Shown here: piece by piece, positions 34,618 through 38,076 of the stretch
Layout: each line of letters begins with the position of its first letter
How positions within the stretch are numbered: the stretch's first letter is position 1
Virus record (IMG/VR): IMGVR_UViG_3300011338_000175
Coordinates: 1 to 38,076 of that record
Origin: a virus
Taxonomy: Duplodnaviria > Caudoviricetes
DNA: 38,076 nt
Strand: one strand, 5' to 3'
The notes under the pieces: generated by a model
Database searches by the model: none
What the model was told of the DNA's origin: nothing
What the model saw: the letters and a program-made list of their open reading frames with translations, nothing else
Program-made: the position numbers and the translations under genes

Positions 34618-35391
34618 TCAAGTCTCCATAGAACTTATATTGTCAGTCACAGTTAAGATGATTGACGGAACGGAAGGATGTACGGCAGATGCCGGATCAG
34701 CCAATAAAATAACAGATATATCGTCAACTTCCCACATTAATTCAATGTAGTCGCCAGAGTTTAATTCAATGATATAATTCCACCCTACAACTAATTCAGC
34801 GTTATTACCCTGTATGCGTATTTGTCCAGAGCTGTCAGGAACGTTAACACCGTTCTTGCGTAACCATATCCATACCAATCCAACACCTCCAGCAGTCTTA
34901 TCTACTTGAGCCGAAAACTGTACATTGTAAACATTGGGTCGATCTATATAAATGCGCGAAGTCGGACTACCTCTAGTCACACCAAATGATAAATCTGTTG
35001 TGTTAAAAGTCATTGGATACGCCGTGTTAATAACGGCTGCTGTCTGCGTTGTCGTATCGTAGAAAGAACCGTAGCGAGGTGTGCGATGCTGCTTAGGTGG
35101 TGGCATCTGCTGAAGCGCCGTTATCTGCTCTTGCAGTGCTGCAATTTGTTCTTGTGATGCCGCTGGTGGCCCTCTGTCTAAAGAGTCCAGAAGCCTTTGA
35201 ATGCTGTCATTTGCTTCATTCGCACTGGCATTAGCGGTGCCAGCCTCAATATTAATCTCATCCAGAGTAACGCTGGAGATTGTATCAACGGTAGCAAATA
35301 GATTTTCGAATTGCTTAATCTGCTCGAAGTCCTGAAGGAACGAGGCAAACTGATCTCGTGTCAGACTTAATTTTCTTGGAGTTACAGCCAT
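34618..35391 (-). CDS. Tail needle-like protein (copy of 1413..2186)
   Basis: Identical translation. Confidence 0.6.
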   Translation of the reverse strand: MAVTPRKLSLTRDQFASFLQDFEQIKQFENLFATVDTISSVTLDEINIEAGTANASANEANDSIQRLLDSLDRGPPAASQEQIAALQEQITALQQMPPPKQHRTPRYGSFYDTTTQTAAVINTAYPMTFNTTDLSFGVTRGSPTSRIYIDRPNVYNVQFSAQVDKTAGGVGLVWIWLRKNGVNVPDSSGQIRIQGNNAELVVGWNYIIELNSGDYIELMWEVDDISVILLADPASAVHPSVPSIILTVTDNISSMET

Positions 35392-36803
35392 CAGTAAGCC
35401 AACGGCTCTATTGCCGCCTCTAGCCTAGCAAACGACATATGGGCGTCTGATGTGCCTTGGAAGCGTTGAACGCGCCAGTTACGCATCCATCCTTGGTGGA
35501 ACCATACAAGCCGCTTTGCACGCTCTCCCGTCTTACCCGCCTTGATAAACTTCTGCTGGCTCCAGTTCTGCCCATCAGTCGAGTAGCTGGTGTTAATGGT
35601 TGGGTCTAAGCCGAACGCAACCGAGCCTGTTAGAGAAACCAGTTCAAGGTTCTGCAATATCGCGCCGCGACCATCATTGTATATAATGGTCGTGCCAAAC
35701 TCCCAACGCACCTTTTCTCCCCAATGCGTTGATATATCCTTTACTAGATACCCAATGTCATTGCTGGTAGGGTCGCCTAGCAACCACTTGTCATAGCACC
35801 ACACGAAGTTACGAGCGCGATATACGGCAAAGTCAACAAGGCTGCTTGTCAACGTGAACCACACAGGCTGGCCTAGTTCTTGCGATGCCGCTGCGTCAAA
35901 TACAATCGTGCGATCTGGAAGATGGATATATAGAAGCTCGTGCGCTCTATCGTTCCGTGCCTCTAGCTTTACAGTCGCTAACTGCGCTTCAGTGAATGTA
36001 GCCAGCAGTTCGTCAATCTCTTGCGTGCTGACCTTATTTGCGGTTGCGTTTGCGGCAAGATAAATAGATGGCGCTTCGTTAAAGCCACTACCAAGGAATG
36101 CGATGTTCTCAAGGAATACGCAGCAAGCGTGTGTGCCGACCACGCCCTTTTCGACTTGAGCGCCTTCGATACGTTGAAACGGGAATAGGTCTCCACCACG
36201 GTTGTCAAACACTTCTATGGTGTGACGGTTGAGCGCATAGACTTCATTGCGTAGCTTTAACAGGGCAACCACTGGATCAGGGTCAGCTTCTGACGAACCA
36301 TATTTCAGTGGGTTTACTGCGAACGGATTGTTAAGTTCTGTAACCACTAGAAACTCACCATCAGTGGTCATCCAGTAGCCATCCACCCACACTGTATCAA
36401 GAACTATGCCAAGATCAGGGTCGGTGTTCTGAGCGAGAACTCCTGTTGCTATATCCCACAGGAATAGATTGTTGTTCGACGCAATGCCGATATATTCAAA
36501 GCTATAGTCTAGCGTAACGTAATTGCCATCATTGCCGACATCGCCTAAGATCGTCACAGCGCCATTACTGGCAACTGATACGAACTTAGAACCCATGACG
36601 CGATAGCATACGTTATTATAGTTTATGCCACCACGATCAATGCCAGGGCCAGTGCCGTTGCCAACAATGCCTTCAGCGGGTCGTAAGAATCCATTACTGA
36701 TTCCATTCGTTTTTGGCACAGGAACAAAGTTCACAGGATAGGACGTTCTAAAGTCTGGCCCGTTGTCTGTAAATATGCCACTCAAGATTGGAATCTGCGT
36801 CAT
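35391..36803 (-). CDS. P22 gp10-like tail hub (copy of 2186..3598)
   Basis: Identical translation. Confidence 0.9.
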   Translation of the reverse strand: MTQIPILSGIFTDNGPDFRTSYPVNFVPVPKTNGISNGFLRPAEGIVGNGTGPGIDRGGINYNNVCYRVMGSKFVSVASNGAVTILGDVGNDGNYVTLDYSFEYIGIASNNNLFLWDIATGVLAQNTDPDLGIVLDTVWVDGYWMTTDGEFLVVTELNNPFAVNPLKYGSSEADPDPVVALLKLRNEVYALNRHTIEVFDNRGGDLFPFQRIEGAQVEKGVVGTHACCVFLENIAFLGSGFNEAPSIYLAANATANKVSTQEIDELLATFTEAQLATVKLEARNDRAHELLYIHLPDRTIVFDAAASQELGQPVWFTLTSSLVDFAVYRARNFVWCYDKWLLGDPTSNDIGYLVKDISTHWGEKVRWEFGTTIIYNDGRGAILQNLELVSLTGSVAFGLDPTINTSYSTDGQNWSQQKFIKAGKTGERAKRLVWFHQGWMRNWRVQRFQGTSDAHMSFARLEAAIEPLAY

Positions 36804-36815
36804 GGATATACTCTA

Positions 36816-36947
36816 TTAAAGCAGAATGTAGCCGCCATCTTCAAGAAGCAGGAAGTCGCCATTCTCTTGAAGAAGCGCACCAGGAACGGGGCCACCGCCT
36901 GTGTTAAAGTAACGCAGACGAGTCCGAAGGCGCGTCAGCAGAAACAT
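36816..36947 (-). CDS. 43-aa protein (copy of 3611..3742)
   Basis: Identical sequence. Confidence 0.7.
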   Translation of the reverse strand: MFLLTRLRTRLRYFNTGGGPVPGALLQENGDFLLLEDGGYILL

Positions 36948-37249
36948 TAGAAGCCCTCTCCAGGAAGAATGTGGAGCGAACCACCGCCAGCAGGGGCAAT
37001 GTATGCGATCCGATCATAATCCAAGAACTTGCTAATGCTTACCTGACCGTTTGGCGGAACCAGATAGTCAGCACTCGTTGCAGCTAGGCCAGCGCCCGTG
37101 CCGATGCGAACAAAACACTCAACCGAATTACGGCTGGTGATGCACAGAGATGTCACGTTCTTACCAAGAACGGAGTTCGCACTAGCAACGCCAGGAGTTA
37201 CAGAAATACCTTGTCCGTAAGCTGGTGCAAATGTTCTAATATCATCCAT
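36947..37249 (-). CDS. Small virion-associated protein (copy of 3742..4044)
   Basis: Identical translation. Confidence 0.7.
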   Translation of the reverse strand: MDDIRTFAPAYGQGISVTPGVASANSVLGKNVTSLCITSRNSVECFVRIGTGAGLAATSADYLVPPNGQVSISKFLDYDRIAYIAPAGGGSLHILPGEGF

Positions 37250-37261
37250 AATTTAATTCCT

Positions 37262-37543
37262 TTACCACTTAACTTTGTCGGCCCAGAATGCCGCGCTCAT
37301 TTTACCTTTAGCTATATTCTTTGCGTGCCTAGACTTAAACGATGCGCGGCGCTTCTTATCGGATTCGCTTTCGCCTTTGCTGGCGGGTGAACCCATTACG
37401 CCTTGCTGCCCGAAGCGGATTGTCTTAACCTTATCACCTTCTTTAGCTACAACAACGTGCGACTTCTTCGGATGCGATGGTGTGCGCTTGGGCTTATTAT
37501 ACCCAGCGACACCAGCACGAGTAAGGCGCAAATCCTTTTTCAC
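37262..37543 (-). CDS. Small basic protein (copy of 4057..4338)
   Basis: Identical translation. Confidence 0.75.
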   Translation of the reverse strand: MKKDLRLTRAGVAGYNKPKRTPSHPKKSHVVVAKEGDKVKTIRFGQQGVMGSPASKGESESDKKRRASFKSRHAKNIAKGKMSAAFWADKVKW

Positions 37544-37552
37544 TGAGGCGTC

Positions 37553-37675
37553 TTACTTCTTTTTCTTCTTTGCTTTGGTCATCATCATTGACTTGCCAGA
37601 TTTAGCAGGGGCTTTCTTTGCCATTGCCATACCCTTTTCGCCGTAGCTATAACCTTTTCCACCGCTCATTTTCAT
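37553..37675 (-). CDS. 40-aa basic peptide (copy of 4348..4470)
   Basis: Identical sequence. Confidence 0.7.
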   Translation of the reverse strand: MKMSGGKGYSYGEKGMAMAKKAPAKSGKSMMMTKAKKKKK

Positions 37676-37702
37676 TTCAATTCTCCATCAACTAAGTTTG
37701 AT

Positions 37703-38029
37703 TTATCCCACTCTCCACACAGTGCCATCGCTGTATACGGGAACAAAGTTAGCACCCGCGCCAGCAACAGTAGCAGCAAATGTCGTGGTGCTTCCATCAG
37801 TAATAAAAGCCCGTGCGCCAGTGTTACCAACAGGGTTGATAAGCTGGGCAAAGGTTGATGGCGTTGTCTGAACCGAATTACAAACAACAGCGTCAAAGTT
37901 TTCCTCAACATATTCAATAAGGGTTGTGACAGAGCAACGACGAGCATCGCCTTGGTTGGTTACGAATAATGGTAACTGATCTCCGCCAGAGACCTGTGTT
38001 ACGGTTGGTAGCTGATTAATGGTAGGCAT
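37703..38029 (-). CDS. Small fibre-like protein (copy of 4498..4824)
   Basis: Identical translation. Confidence 0.65.
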   Translation of the reverse strand: MPTINQLPTVTQVSGGDQLPLFVTNQGDARRCSVTTLIEYVEENFDAVVCNSVQTTPSTFAQLINPVGNTGARAFITDGSTTTFAATVAGAGANFVPVYSDGTVWRVG

Positions 38030-38032
38030 GGT

Positions 38033-38076
38033 TTAACTCCAATCAAGGGGGCCATCAGGCCCAGCATTTACAGAAT
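38033..38076 (-). CDS. 3' end of gp4-like adaptor (partial)
   Basis: Matches 4828..4871. Confidence 0.85.
   Translation of the reverse strand, partial: SVNAGPDGPLDWS

Larger units (their letters stand above)
33206..38076. repeat. Terminal redundancy, right copy
   Basis: Same genes as 1..4871 at +33,205; homology starts at 33832. Confidence 0.95.

Noticed and set aside
33206-38076. True internal duplication of tail genes
   Set aside because: Constant 33,205 offset running to the window edge with continuous gene order indicates circular permutation or terminal redundancy
1-38076. tRNA/rRNA genes, IS elements, introns, inteins
   Set aside because: None recognised; intergenic gaps are short and terL, portal and coat have normal lengths

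Overview
The window is one complete P22-like (podovirus) phage genome unit of 33,205 bp plus about 4.9 kb of terminal redundancy (1..4871 recurs at 33206..38076). The host is probably an alphaproteobacterium (GapR/DUF2312, DnaA-C-like HTH, TATAAG-type -10 elements). The minus strand carries ParB-methylase, terS/terL, portal, scaffold, coat, gp4, gp10, needle, three ejection proteins, tailspike/fibres, lysis and a lambda-O-like replication module. The plus strand (18.2-22.2 kb) carries ERF/YqaJ/NinB/SSB recombination and small early genes. I found no integrase, CI repressor or polymerase. Main observations: (1) The two redundant ends are not identical. At the P22 gene-14 position one end has a DDxxD isoprenoid-synthase-like protein and the other a cupin-SET fusion, each paired with a different N-terminus of the gp7-like ejection protein, which suggests an exchangeable 'modifying enzyme + substrate leader' cassette. 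(2) A start-less M15 peptidase frame lies in the +1 frame behind the second ejection gene, preceded by SD-hairpin-AAC_TTT_C, a candidate programmed +1 frameshift. (3) An inverted duplicated promoter/leader/RBS drives two outward-facing early cassettes with paralogous genes. (4) There is a candidate antisense sRNA, and several unannotated tiny basic proteins. All family calls come from motif recognition by eye, not database searches.
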